A stretch of 64,000 nucleotides of DNA from Vairimorpha necatrix (lineage: Eukaryota): positions 1,054,001 to 1,118,000 of the forward strand of contig CP142732.1 in the NCBI GenBank assembly GCA_036630325.1, in the 5' to 3' direction. Each line of letters opens with the position of its first letter. Positions within the stretch are counted from its first letter, which is position 1. The notes beneath the pieces are model-generated. The model worked only from the letters and a program-made list of their open reading frames with translations, had not been told where the DNA came from and made no database searches. The position numbers and the translations under genes were made by a program. Below, one piece after another: positions 20,492-33,600 of the stretch.

Positions 20492-21049
20492 AATAATATT
20501 CCTAAATTTAAAAATGGAGGTTAAAATTATATAGAAAATTATTGTTATATTAAAATATAAGAAACTGCTCACAGAAGTTTGTATGCGCCAATCCATCTTT
20601 CTTTATTAATAATCTTAAATTCCTCGAAGAATCTTGCGGGTGTCTCGAAATTTATGAATGTGAAAACAGATATTTTTAATACTGTAGATTTAAAAATGAT
20701 AAGCGTGCGCCTGCAACTAACTGTAGTGATGATGCTTGGGAATAGAAAGACAACGTGGAAATTAATTTCTCGTTATGGCGGAAGACGCATATAGTACTAT
20801 CAAAAGGGTGTATTTTGTTAGAGTAAGATGTAAAATCCATTTAACTGTGAGAATAAGATTCAAAATATTGATTAAGTCGAAGTGTAAGTTCGTCACTGCC
20901 ATGTGTGGGCATTCAAATAAACAAATTTGATTTAAAAAATGCTCGATTTGATATTAGACAGGTACTATTTGCAAGAGATTGAATCGTTACAATGACACAT
21001 AGTTTTAAAATTTAATAGTGTCTTATAGTTTTAAATTCCCATTAGCCCC

Positions 21050-21550
21050 AATGTTTTAGATTTATATTTGAACACAGGTTTGAAGTTTTTACTCTGCCGA
21101 AGTTTAAGAAAGAGACAAAAAATTATAACTATCGAATTAAGAAACATCGCTTTTATGTAGACAAAAGTTCAAAAACGATTCATAGCTGAAATATCGAATA
21201 TGGCCGATTTACAATGTAAAGTCATGACATCCACCATAGAAAAACAGGACAATTAACCTACTAGGCCTACTCAGAAGATAGGTCAAGGCAAATTCCCATT
21301 AAGTACAGGCCGCGTTATTTAATATATAGTTATTGTGTAAACAACTCGACTCTCAAGGAATTATCCAACGAGTTTTATACATGAACTGTTGTAAATTTGA
21401 TTATATTTCTAATATCAGAAAATCCTCGGTAAAACAAATGAAAAGCTAAATTTAAAATTGATTGAATGTGGTTTTTGGGACAAAATAAACAAAACGTGCA
21501 TATATGGCTCCAAAATTATTAGGTCTCATTGGGAACCTAATTTTTCTTGA
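21050..21550 (+). pseudogene. Possible heavily decayed Gypsy RT fragment
   Basis: Scattered remnants in RT order (KHRFYVD, EKTG, LNLKLIECGF) across frames; weak. Confidence 0.3.
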
Positions 21551-21949
21551 TAAGGCGTGTAGACGACCATGCGACACGGAGTTATGAATACTCTTTGAAA
21601 AATACTATAGCCTATAAAATTTTGCCCCAAAACCAGGGCTACAATGTTAGCTGCATGTGTGTAATTACAATAAATGGATCATTAGCATATAAATAAAACG
21701 CAGAGCGTAAAACTCTCAAAGTTTTATGATCTTTCAGAGAATAAATTATCTATGATCTTGAAGTAATCCTGGTAAAGTATATATATTTAATAATGCTGTT
21801 TCTTTTTTTTTTGCGACGTTTAATGACATAAAATAATCTAGTCATAAAAAAAATCCGACTCATTTTCTTCACAGATTAAACTCCGTCATGATTTTTTTAG
21901 GTGCTCAAGACAATAAATTTATCTTTTCATTATGTAGATTGCTTAATGA

Positions 21950-22850
21950 AATATGTCTTGAGAATTTTATAAGCTTAGATTATAGCCATGAGAATCATAA
22001 GTTTAACAAAAATATAATAGTCAGGCTTAAAATACAATAGCAAGTTTAATTTATTTTTTAATAAATTTAAACATCTTGGCATTTTAAAAAGCCAAATATG
22101 GCACTATAACGATTTAAAATTCTCTAATTGCCATTATTTGGCCTGTCTTCAAAGAAAGACTATATCTATCCAGTCAATGTGAAAAATGGCAAGACAGAGA
22201 TAAAATTTAAATGGGAAAATGTTTCAATGTATCTATGAACTTTAGGTCAGTCTAAAATTAGATAAAAAACAGGCTATATCTAAGGTAAGGAGAAGAGCAT
22301 AACTTATTTATTTACAATAAATGAGAATTCGAAACATAGATGTAGATGGAGAAGAGAGATAGCACAAAATATGCTAGTAGGAGTCTGTAAAGTAGCGATT
22401 TGGCCGTATAAAAACGAATACTAAGTTGTCGTTTAAGTCAAGAAAATGTTATTTTAAAATCAGGTCTTATTAAATGGTTCATCAATAACAAATACTTTCT
22501 TAATTTAAAGTAGGAATATATTCCTTGGAGAATTAATACTTGTTTCAGCTATGAATCTCAAAAGAAAAATGTGCATTGCTTAGCTACCAAGTGTGGACGG
22601 ATCATGTGTATTATTTAATTAAACAAAACATTCCAAAGGAAGACAAATCATCTCTTCGGTAAGATTAAATATGGATCTAAAAAGGTTAAAAGACACATGG
22701 ACATAATGATATCTACAAATTTAACAAGCTGTACTAAGACTGCGATTCTTGTATTTGACGAGAAGAAAAGAGAAATATAATAGTCTTAGTTGGAATAACC
22801 AACAGGATCAACTTGTGAGAATAGAGAATGAAGGCAAAAAAAAGCTTTTT
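21950..22850 (+). pseudogene. Decayed 3' part of an RLE-type LINE
   Basis: LATKCGR, ILVFDEKKREI and GIT..QDQL remnants homologous to the LINE at 30698-34250. Confidence 0.7.
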
Positions 22851-22888
22851 TGCTGTTATAACATAATTCTGACTGAAATAGTTCAATA

Positions 22889-24538
22889 GGTACCCTTAGC
22901 ACAATGGTCGAAGGCAAAATTTGAAATAAACAATGGCTGGGTTCAATTCCCAGGGGCACCATAATTGTTTCTTTTTTCTATGATGCGGTTGGAACATTTC
23001 AGATGATGAAAATGTCCACGATAATTTTTAAGTAGATTCAATGAAACTTGTGTGTGTCCAGCCACAAGGAGTAGTAGCATCTAATGTTGAAACGCATCTC
23101 AAGGCCGGAAAACAGTCCACCCCTGTGGTGACTAAATGATACATAAAAGTATCTGATAGGTTTGTCTTAGTTTGAGCTCATAACTAGGCGCTTTAGTATG
23201 GGATCTGAGAGCCAATAAGAGACTAGATGAAGTAGGGCAATAGAAGATCTCGTGGAATCTATCCTACAAGATTCTGTAACACGGTGGCCGAAACTAATGG
23301 GAGACTGGTGGTCAACGCAGCCCAATTAAAACGCCGGGCTGGTGTTGTGTAAGGAGCAGTGTATGCAATACAGATGATTTTAGGGTCCTTTGAGTTAGTA
23401 CGATGACGTCTCTCCTCGAGTTATAGATAACCATCCCCATTAAGGGCTAATTTTCACTTTATCCCCCCCCTTACCAATATAAATACAGAATTTTTTATTT
23501 TTAGCCCTGTTTTTTAAAAGTCGAAGCGTCCAGAGCGGAAAGGAACAGAGAAAAATTTACATAAGTAAAAAAATGGTCTTAGAAATATCTAATTTGATCA
23601 TAGTTTATGAAAAATATATTATTTAAACCAATTTAATAATGTTTTCTAAAAAACTATGAGTTAAATAGAAGTCTAAATTTGTAAAAATATGTTTTAACCT
23701 ATTGCTTTCTTTTGTCATTACATTTAATTTTTGCTAAAGATAAACATGTTTATACACAGTTTATGTTGTTTAAAACAGATTCTAGGTTTGGTTATTCTTA
23801 GTTTGGTAGTATATTTATTAGTCTTGTTTTTTAGGTTTTCATTGGTTTTTCTAGACAAACAGAGAATAATTATGTTATATTTATGCTCTTTAAAGAATTA
23901 TTGAATCGTATATAATGTCAATTTAATAAGATATGTTATATTTTAGCTCCAAAAGTAAAATATTACATGTTTGGAAAATTCTTTAATTCTTGAAAAATAT
24001 TCATTTATAACAGCAAATGAACCTTATAAATATTATTTATATAGAGATTTCGTTGTTATACATTGCAATGTACAATAAAGATAAATCTTGATCAATAATT
24101 GGAAGAAGGAAATTTTTAAAAAATTGAAAAAAAAAACGAAAAAACAATTGTTTTATTTTTGGTAAATATGCTATTTTATTACAACTTTATTTTTTTGACT
24201 TTTGCTCCTTCACATTTTTTCCGCTTCGAATTTCGAAAAAAGGGGATATTTTTTAAAAATTCTCAATTTATATTGGTAAGGGGGGGATAAAGTGAAAATG
24301 CTCCCCATTAAGTATATCCGCTGTGAGGTCACTCTGGGCGCGATTTGAGGTATAAATGGAAAGTGTTCTCCTGGAGCCAAAGTCAAATGGAAACGGTGGA
24401 GCTTGCTGCGCCGGCAAGTTGTAAGGGGGGAGTTTGGTGGGAAATATCTTACAGTACCAGTTGGATGAGGATAACACCTAAATCCAACTGGTTCCTATGT
24501 CGTGTTTCTCCCTATAGTTTACTTGCAAAGAAAAAAAA
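22889..24538 (+). mobile_element. tRNA-derived SINE copy A, interrupted by a MITE
   Basis: Head GGTACCCTTAGCACAATGG...GGTTCAATTCCCAGGGGCACCA; body colinear with 29751-30544 once 23445-24304 is removed; ends TTACTTGCAAAGAAAAAAAA. Confidence 0.88.
23445..24304. mobile_element. MITE copy 2 (860 bp), inserted in the SINE
   Basis: Near-identical to 19634-20491; 8-bp TSD CCATTAAG (23437-23444, 24305-24312). Confidence 0.93.
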
Positions 24539-25299
24539 CAAAACAATTCGTAATAACATGGATTGGAGTGGAAATTTTTTATCGCACAAAATACAACAGG
24601 ACGTATGGAATGCTTTTTTTCTTGTCATGCATCTAGTCCATTGGCCCAAAAAAAACTTATTAGTATAACTTTTTGTGTCGCGGACGAGAGTATGAAAAAA
24701 AGATGTTGGAGAAAAGCATTAGACAAAGCTATAATTGTATTATCGAAAAAAACTGCTGCCAAATGGTGTGTGTGCAAGATTAATTTTAAACTCAATAGAG
24801 CTTTGAAAATACAAATAAGACCACCGATTCTAGACTCTATGTAGAGCGAAATTACATAAGAGATGCCACAGATTCATGTTTAATAACATCTAATATCAAT
24901 AAAATCAACTTAATAAAAAAAAATTTTATGAATACGTAGAAGCAAATATATGTTGTGTTAAAAAAAACTTAAATTTTGTATCATTTCTAAAATCTTATCG
25001 CATGAGCACGATATTTAGAGCTTCCATGTGATTAGTTCTTTGGCATTGCAATTCGAATTACAGTAATATAATAAAATCTTTTTTCGTTCGTCTTCAGGCT
25101 TTTCTCGTTTTAGGTTCGATTTATACTTTTTGCAAATAACCAGATTTCCGATAATTTAAATTTCGAAAACAAAATTTAACAGGAAGATATGTTTAAAACA
25201 TTATTATACTGCTGATAAATAATATTAATCGATACTACAATATTAAAAAGATTTTATAACGCCAATTAATACTTAACAATATCATAAAGTCGTTTATTG

Positions 25300-26840
25300 G
25301 GCGCAACGGTCTGTACTCGGCCTTTTCTCTAAGATCTTTTTATGAGAGCAACGAAAAAAATGGTAACAAAAGCATTTTATTTTATGAAATCTTTATCATT
25401 TCAAATAAAACTATCTGCAAATCTTGATATTTTTTTATTTTTGTCACCTTCTTCTGCATTTAAATTCTTTCATAAAAATCTAAAATCGCATTTCATTTAT
25501 CCCCTTTCATGCCATTATAATACATTAAGATGTGAACAAACTTCCTCTATTATTTTTGTAGTCTCTCCTGATTTGTTATTAAAGCCTTCATCATGGATTA
25601 CAACGCGATTAACACCATTGATATTTTCTACTGCTGCGGTTTAAGATCTATAACCATCAGTTATTATAAAGTTTCGTTTTTTATGAATTTTTCAAAAACT
25701 AAGATACCGTCTGTATAATCCGGTTAGGTACTATTTAGATTCTCAATTCTAACGTTCGCTAGTCTATTGCCCCTACCGACCATGTACAGTTTTTGAATGC
25801 GCCATATTTTACCAATAAAGATTTCACAATTTCCCCTTTATTATAACCGTTTCGTCGGCCTGGTCCCCTATTCAACCTCTCCTATTTTTTTCGGTGTTAT
25901 ATATTTTCCCTTTTCAGTGCTTCGTATATTATAAAGTCCTGAAGACTCTGAAGCCAACAGCGGAAATTTTTGTTTAAGTTTAGTGTTGACCTTTTCACTG
26001 AATGATTATAGAATATATAAATAATTATGTATAGGCATTCGGGGATTAGAGATGTCCTGTATAAACGGGACTTTGCTATTTTTATAATAGCTTTTTAAGA
26101 TATTGTAATTAAATATTGTTTTATTTTTATAACTATGTTTTAAATGGTATTTTCTCTGCCGTGAGTTATATTCTTCTCTTCGATTATTTCGTGCCCTTCC
26201 AAACAAACTTACTTTTATATTTTATTTTAAATTTGAAATTATGTAAAACAATTTTAGTAAAAGTTTTTTGCTTTTCCATTTATAAACATGTTTCCATAAT
26301 ATTCTTTTGTTTGCTAATTATTTACGATTCCACACGTCACGAACGAAATATTTGATAGGACTACATTTTATAGTTCTTATAGTTGTGATGCTTACACTAA
26401 CATCACAAAAGAATTTAGTTTTATCAAAAACTTTGATTGATGTTCCACATCTCTTCTTTCTCTGCACTTTTACCGACGGCAGTCTATGTACGAATCGTTC
26501 GGAGGTAATACCATTATACCATGACAATTCGTACATTCCATTGTTGCTTTTGGTTGTTTTTTATACTAACCAACGTATTGCCTCATTTGGGTCTTGGAAG
26601 ATTTTTGACCTACTATCAAGCGGATCAAGACATACCATCATGGAAATTTTTATTGAAAAAATCATTAAAAAACAAAATATGTTTATAACTCAAGAAAAGT
26701 TACTCCAAAAAAAATTTTAACAAATCTTAAAATTTCGACTCTTGGGGATATGTTTCGTAAAAAACATGTCACCACTTTACGGTCTGGGCCCGGATTCAGT
26801 ACGTAAAAATATAGGAAGGCCGGGCACGGGCCGTTGCGCC
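25300..26840 (-). mobile_element. Decayed Merlin (IS1595-like) DNA transposon with TIRs
   Basis: Imperfect TIRs GGCGCAACGGTCTGTACTCGGCC / GGCCGGGCACGGGCCGTTGCGCC; transposase remnants CTNC, ADETVII, ITDGYRS, VVIHDEGFNNKSGETTKIIEEVCSHL with stops and frameshifts. Confidence 0.75.
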
Positions 26841-27166
26841 TTAGTGTTGCATTAACGTAAAAATGCGATTATAGAAGAGAAACTAAGTTATTTAGAAATC
26901 TTTATAAGAAAAACAAATGTGGTTGTTATAAAATATCTTTGAATTGTAATTTTTAATTTTCATTAATACACCTGATCTATTATAGACGCATCCCAAAAAT
27001 TTATAAAAAATGAAGTTGAAATATTGAAGACTCGGTTACAGGCCTCAAAAAATAAAATTTATGTGATTCTGTTTCGTTGAAAATTTAATGCAAAAAATGA
27101 ATGTATGAAAATAACGAAAAAATGCTAGTATTTTAATTACTAACTAAAAATTTGTAAATCTTCAAT

Positions 27167-29334
27167 TTATCTACTTTTACCTAAAAATATAGACAGATCT
27201 GCGTCATCGCGTATAATCTCATCGATTTCATCCTTGCTTAATGTTTCTAATAATTTTTGGTGAATAATTTTGAATTTCAACCGTTCCTTTTCATCTTTAT
27301 TAGACTCATTTTTAAATATTTCTACTATAATATCTCTAAAGTATTTTTTGTATATATACTTTTTAGGTTCAGAGCAATATTTTCTTGCGTATAATGAGAT
27401 ATTTTGCATATAATGATATTTATATTCGTCAATTAACCCATCTTTCAATTTTAAAGATAATAGTTCTGTTTTGCATTTTTGAAATATATTTTCGACCATA
27501 TTTTTTCCTTCAATTTCCATTTTAATTCTTTCTGCTTTCCCATAAATATCATTAGAAAACCGTAATATAATTTCAAAGATTATATAATTCCATTTATCAA
27601 AAAATTGATGCTTTGTTAAGATTTGTTTTATTTTGTTATAATTTTCCAATTTTATTTTATCTTCGTTAATAATTGATATCAAATTTTCTTCTATATGTAA
27701 ATTGAACATTCGTATTTCATTTCTGTCAAGTAGTTCATTGATAATAATTTCTTCCATTGTAAATAAAAATGTTGAATCTATAAAATGATCTTCGACATAA
27801 ATAATTCTTTCTTCTGAATATAGTGCTACTAAACAACATGTTCTATTCAACACGAGATTTTTATATGAATAAGATATATTAGTATGTATTTCAACTATTT
27901 CTCTAAAAACTTCAAGAATTTCAATATTTTTTACCCTGTTCATTTTGCATTTAAAATCGCTGTTTTTTGATGCAATAAAATTCCCAATTTCTCTTATTGT
28001 TTTTAAAAAATTATCGTCTCTTAATTCGTTTTCGTTGAAAAACTTATTTCCTTCTAGAATCAAACACACAAATATTAAATATCGATTGCGAGTAGATGAA
28101 AGCTTTGTTAAGTTTTCTGATAAAAACTCCACGTATTGTGTCGTCCATATTTCACTATTTTTTCTCTTTTCAATGATCAAATTAAGAGTATTTTCATCTA
28201 TTATTTTTTTAAATAACAATAAATGAGCAAATATGATATTTGAAGCCGATCCTGGTGTATTTAAAATCCGCTGTATATAAAATTCTACTTTGTTATATTT
28301 TTTGAAGATTTCAGAAAATAAATAAATGACTTTAAAGTTCTTGTCGTTGGTCATCGTAGAGAGAATTGTTTCGAATTCCGCGAAGCAATCTTTGCTTATG
28401 TAATTTTTTTTTGAATCTCGCTGCATATTATTTTCTATAGGAAAGGTATATTTATTATTGTTGTGGTATAATATTATTTTTTCTCTTTTTTTTGTAATTC
28501 TAATGCCTTCATCGTAATTTATTAAATTATTTTCATAGGAGATGATTTTTTTTGGAAGTGAGTAATACTGAATAAATATTTCCAAAAAATCTTCAGAGGA
28601 TAATTCGTATATACTTAGAAATTTACGAAGTATTTGCTCTTCCCTTGTTTTTTTAATCTTAATTTGTTTATCCATTAAGTAATTAACTTCATCGAGACAA
28701 AATTCAAAGAAAAAATAGATTTTGTCTTTATAAATACGTAAAATTATATAATACTTACTATTAGCTTCATTTTTATAACATCTAATTGATGGTTGTAACA
28801 TATAAGAATATCTTGTTTGATGATGAGTTTTTGTAGATTGTAAAAAATCTCGTAATACATTGTGTTCGTCACAAATAGTCTCATAATAAAGTTGCGCGGG
28901 ATGTTGTTTTGTTTTTTTTTAAGATTTAATTTTTTGAGTTGTTTGATTAACATTCTCATATCATAATGTTTTTTATAATCATCTGTTTTGTATAAAACTT
29001 CAATTGTAAAATTGTAAAGCCCATCTAATATTATTTGTACTTTCTCATCCATTTCCGCGATAATCTCCTTAAAAGATTTTCTTCTCATTTTAATTTCAAA
29101 TCTATAATAATTATCTTCATTACAATAAGTAGCCGGGAGATTGCACATTTTACAATAAAATTTTTTTCCTTCATATTTAATATGTAACGAAAGTTGTGTA
29201 TTTACTTTGGACATATCATAATGCGCAAAATCTCTAGTTTCTATTTTCTTCATAAAAACATCCTGTATTTTTTTGTTTGAGAAATGTTCTGCTTGTAAAG
29301 AAACAAACGCAAAAAGAATTGTTAAGAGCTTCAT
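27167..29334 (-). pseudogene. Secreted protein of unknown family, copy 1; single frameshift in an A-run
   Basis: ORFs 28744-29334 and 27167-28801 join into a paralog of 38017-40188; T9 at 28912-28920 versus T10 in the intact copy; signal peptide MKLLTILFAFVSLQA. Confidence 0.8.
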
Positions 29335-29489
29335 AAGGGGTAAAATGGGGGTTTTATAAAAAAATTATAAAATCATTATTAGCCATTTATAGAAATATTT
29401 CTTTAAAAAATAATTTGTTATTTAAACTATAATTTATAATTATGAGTTTAAAAATCTATTTGTGTGAATCATAAGGCTAAAGAAAACTA

Positions 29490-30660
29490 ACCCCTCCGCA
29501 TTTAAGAGTGTACAATTTTTTTTCAAAACTTAAAAATGAAGTGCAAAAAAGAGGAGGTGCGGGGAAGAGACAAAAATTACTAAGCACTTTTTGTATTTTA
29601 ATAACAAATTAAAAAATATATATTTAGATACAAAATTGATTTTTATTTTTAGTTATTAAAAAAATTAATTTATTTTGCATTTTTAACCTCATGATTTTTT
29701 AGAGTTCACGTCCAAAACACCCCGCTCAAAGGGTGTTCTTATGTTTTAGAGGGTGCCCTTAGCCCAGTGGTAGAAGGCGATGCTTCTATTGGGCAACGGC
29801 TGGGTTCGATTTCCAGGGGCACCAAAATTGTTTCTACTTTCTATGATGGGGTTAGAAAACTCAGATGATGAAAATGTCCACGATAATTATTAAGTAGATT
29901 CAATGAAACTTGTGTGCTTCCATCCACAAGGGGATTAGCATCTAGTGTAGAAACGCACTTCAAGGCAAAAAAAAACAGTATCACCCTTGTGGTTATTTAA
30001 TGATACATAAAAGTATCTAATGAGTACGGCCTAGTTAGAGCCCATGGCCGGTGCACTCTAGAGCGGGATTCTAGAGCTAACTAAGAGACTAGACGAAGTA
30101 GGGCAATAGAAGGTCTCGTGGAACCTATCCTACAAGTTCTGTAACACGGTGGTTGAATCTAGTGGGAGACTGGTGGTCAATACAGCCCAATAAAAACGCC
30201 GGGCTAATGATGTGGTCGTGTAAGGAGCCGTGTGCGCAATACAGATGATTGTAGGGACCTTTGAGTTAGTACAATGATGTCTCTCCCCGGGGTATAGATA
30301 ACCATGCCCGTTAAGTATATCCGCCATGAGGTCACTCTGGACGCGATTTGAGGTATAAATAGAAAGTGTTCTCCTGGAGCCAAAGTCCAATGGATACGGC
30401 GGAGCTTGCTGCACCGGCAAGTTGTATGGAGGGAGTTTTAGTGATTTAGAATCTCACAGTACCAGTTGGTCGAGGATCACACTTAAACCCCTCTGGTCCC
30501 CATGTAAGGTTTCTCCCTAACTCTTACTTGCAAGAAAAAAAAATTATGTTTTAGAACCCGAAAAGTAAGTCCAAAAAAAGGAAGCAATCATTAGGACACA
30601 AATTACTTGCATCTTCAAACTTTAAAAAAAGCCTAAAATATAAAAAAATTAATTAAGTCA
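29490..30660. mobile_element. Decayed arm of the foldback family seen at 4935-5789, split by a SINE
   Basis: TGAAGTGCAAAAAAGAGGAG and GAAGCAATCATTAGGACACAAATTACTTGCATCTTCAAAC match the reverse complement of ~5430-5760. Confidence 0.65.
29751..30544 (+). mobile_element. tRNA-derived SINE copy B, intact (~790 bp)
   Basis: 73-nt tRNA-like head (GGTGCCC/GGGCACC stem, A box TAGCCCAGTGG, B box GGTTCGATTTCC); poly(A) tail; 12-bp TSD TTATGTTTTAGA (29739-29750, 30545-30556). Confidence 0.92.
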
Positions 30661-30697
30661 ATTTATCATTGGTCTTAAATAGTTAAAACAAGATTTA

Positions 30698-33600
30698 CCC
30701 AGTATCACTCATGGGATTCGGCTCTTCACAGACTTTGGTTTCTGTGGAATTATTTATGTTTATTCAACTCAAAAATTTCAGTTTTATCCCCTTGGCCGAA
30801 ACCACCTCTTTAACAGTAGCTATGTTCGCTAGTGAGCTTACAGCTCTAGCCACTTCTTCCTATCCTGAATTCTCTTGATCGAATCCTTGTCGTCGTTCCA
30901 AAGAAATGGACTCTAGAGTCTTCTTCGGCACAATAGACCGGATGTATGCTCCAAAATAGGGTTGGTTTTCCAGCTCCTTATGTACTTTCTGTGATATTTG
31001 GTCACCACTCCATCCTATGTTATTACATAAGGAAATATTCTTGTCCGGGATTTTGTATTAGTCCCACTTCGTTTGCAAAAAAGTCAAAATTTTTTAGTTT
31101 TCTATTCTCGACAATAGTAAGTTGATCCTGGTTGGTTATACTTAACTTCACCTATTAAAATTTCTTTCTTCTTCTTGTCAAACACAAGAATATCAGGCTT
31201 ATTATGAATCCCTTTTATATTAGTAATATTTTCGTGTCTACTCTTAATTCCGCCTGATAATTCTCCATGATCTCTTGTACTGAGTGTCCACGTATTTTCT
31301 TTGTCTTCTTAAGCCCATATTTAATACATAGTAAGAGATGAATGCTTTCAACTACCTCGTTGTGTATTTTCATATAATCAAAACCCAACATTCGATCATA
31401 CTTGGTAGCTAAATGATCCATGGCCTTTCTATGAGATCCAAAATGTGGTTATTGTCCCTCTTGTCCACAGAAAAAATTTCTATCCTGTAGGAAGCAGTAA
31501 ATTGCTTCGGATCTAGCCTGATTGTTTCCTTTAACCAGCCAGGTAAAAGAGTCCCCAAAGCTTACTAAATCATTGTCCCTAGCTTTAAACAACTTTCCAT
31601 GGTTTGTCCTTTTGTTAATTTTGTTGTAAAGCGCTTATTTTTGGGATTCTATTGGCATCTTCTGTGTTATCTCACCTACAAAGCTATACCTAATCCTTAG
31701 ATACTCGTTAATTGTAAACAAGTGCAATTTGTTCTCTGCTTCTACTTTAAGTATCGCTGCCCGCCTTAGTGAGCTATTTCTAGACCCATCAACGTTTTAT
31801 AAATATTCAAAAGCATACTTATGATTCAATCTTCGATACTTATGAGGCCTCTAATCATTTTGGATCTAAGTAGGTTAGTCTTTCATTGCAGGCTGGCTGT
31901 AGATGGACCTGGTTCTTAATAAGTACCTGTCGGATATTAAAATCGAGACTTTTGAAATCTATTGGTTCTAGTTTTAATAAACTATACATGATAGTTCATT
32001 ACTGAAATTGCATGCTCGTTAATAGCTCGAATCATATTCTTACCATTTAATTGAGTCTTGCACAGGTTTTCAACCCTCTGTAGGATCTCATTACTTAATT
32101 TTTCAAAAGTCTCTCTTTTGACAGCACTAAAGGTATCCTCTGTCATTCTAATGTATTCGTATCCTTGATGCCCTTCTAGTACTACTGTATCTTCCTACAA
32201 TCAGTACAGCTAGTCACAGACTTATTCCTGTTCATTTCTAAACCTAAAGCCGAGAAAACCTTTTTAGTTTCCTCGTTCATCAGTTTAAAAACGTCATCTT
32301 TATCTGCGAGGAGCTTAAGATTATCAATAAATAGAAGATGGTTTGTTACATAAACACTTTCGTGGTTCTGTATTCTTACTTTTGGGTAAGTTGAATTCAA
32401 TTTCCTGCTCAATGGGTCAAACATAGTACAAACAAAGGCGGCGACAAGGAATCCCCTTGTAATATGCCTTATTCAATCTTCCTATTCAGTATCATTTCCG
32501 ATCCTGATTTTATCTCAATGTGCCCTATTTTAACTGTGACTTCTAACAATTCACTTATCTTTAAAGGAGATTTAACTTGCTAATACACGTTAATAGATAA
32601 GAATGGTCTATAGAGTCGTGGGCTTTCTTTACATCTATCCACATGGTCTTCAGCTTGTTTCCATGCTCCTTATTGACTGCTTTATTATCATAGCTTGTTC
32701 TTTTGCTCCTTGGATTTGTCTAACTGTTTCTAGTTGGTTCTCTGCTAGAATCCCTCTACTTTCTACAATTAGATGCATGCCTTTTGTAGTGCATTTCGTT
32801 GTGAGCTTGTAGAGGTTCGACATACGGGTAATAGGCTTGAAGTCATTACCACTAGTGGGGGTACATTTGGGCACTAAAAAAGTAATCCCCTTGTAAAACC
32901 AAGCTACGGGTTCTTTCCCATCCAGGCATACTTCCGAAACAATCTTGTAAAGGAATGGGTGTAGAGCTTCACACTTATTAAAAAATATAATTGAAGATTC
33001 TATGACAGCCTGCAGCCTTCCAATTTGGTAAATATTTAATAATATCTACAAATTCTTGCAAGGTTGGGAAAATGATCTGATCTTGGAAATCAGGAATGTA
33101 TTTTAGAAGATACTCCTCAAAACTATTGCAGTCTTCGGCTTGCTCTTTCTTATTCCACATGGTAGGCCAGAATAAACTAAAATCTTCTTTGCTTACATAA
33201 TGAGTAGCCTCATTGGCGCACTTGAGTTTTCTATAGAAGCCGCTCCTATATAGCTCAAAATTTTGATTTTTACGCCTATACTCTCTGCGTCGGTCTGATA
33301 TCTCTAGCTTCCTTGAGTATATGGCTTTTCTCTCGTTGAGTATAGCAATAGCTTCAGAAGTATCTCGGTGTAAACATGCAAGCTTGTTGAGTTCACGCAT
33401 TACCTTCTTGACTTTACACTTTTTCTCATTTTAGAGTTTATCAAAAGCCCTGGCCTTTTTGATAAGCACTGCCTTGTCTTAGATTTAAGTAATCCTTTTC
33501 AAGATACTTTCTTTCCAAGACAAAGTTTCGGCTTCTTACTGGCCATTTCCTGATAGCAGAACTGTGCAGCTTGCAGTACCCTTGCCATCTTTGTCATGTT

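Noticed and set aside
24345-24844. ORFs of 107 and 93 aa
   Set aside because: They overlap the SINE tail and non-coding island DNA, use non-ATG starts and show no recognisable motifs
29752-29824. Functional tRNA gene
   Set aside because: Anticodon arm is non-canonical and not conserved in the second copy; it is the head of a TSD-flanked, polyadenylated element
30084-30093. AGAGACTAGA, resembling the group I intron R/P7 element; GAGACTAGA is kept in all three SINE copies
   Set aside because: No convincing P, Q or S elements at proper spacing (best S-like is CCAAAGTCC); the element has a TSD and poly(A) rather than exon context. Still worth an Infernal check.
30225-30236. GAGCCGTGTGCG, like the 5' strand of group II intron domain V
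   Set aside because: The complementary 3' strand is absent and copy A differs here
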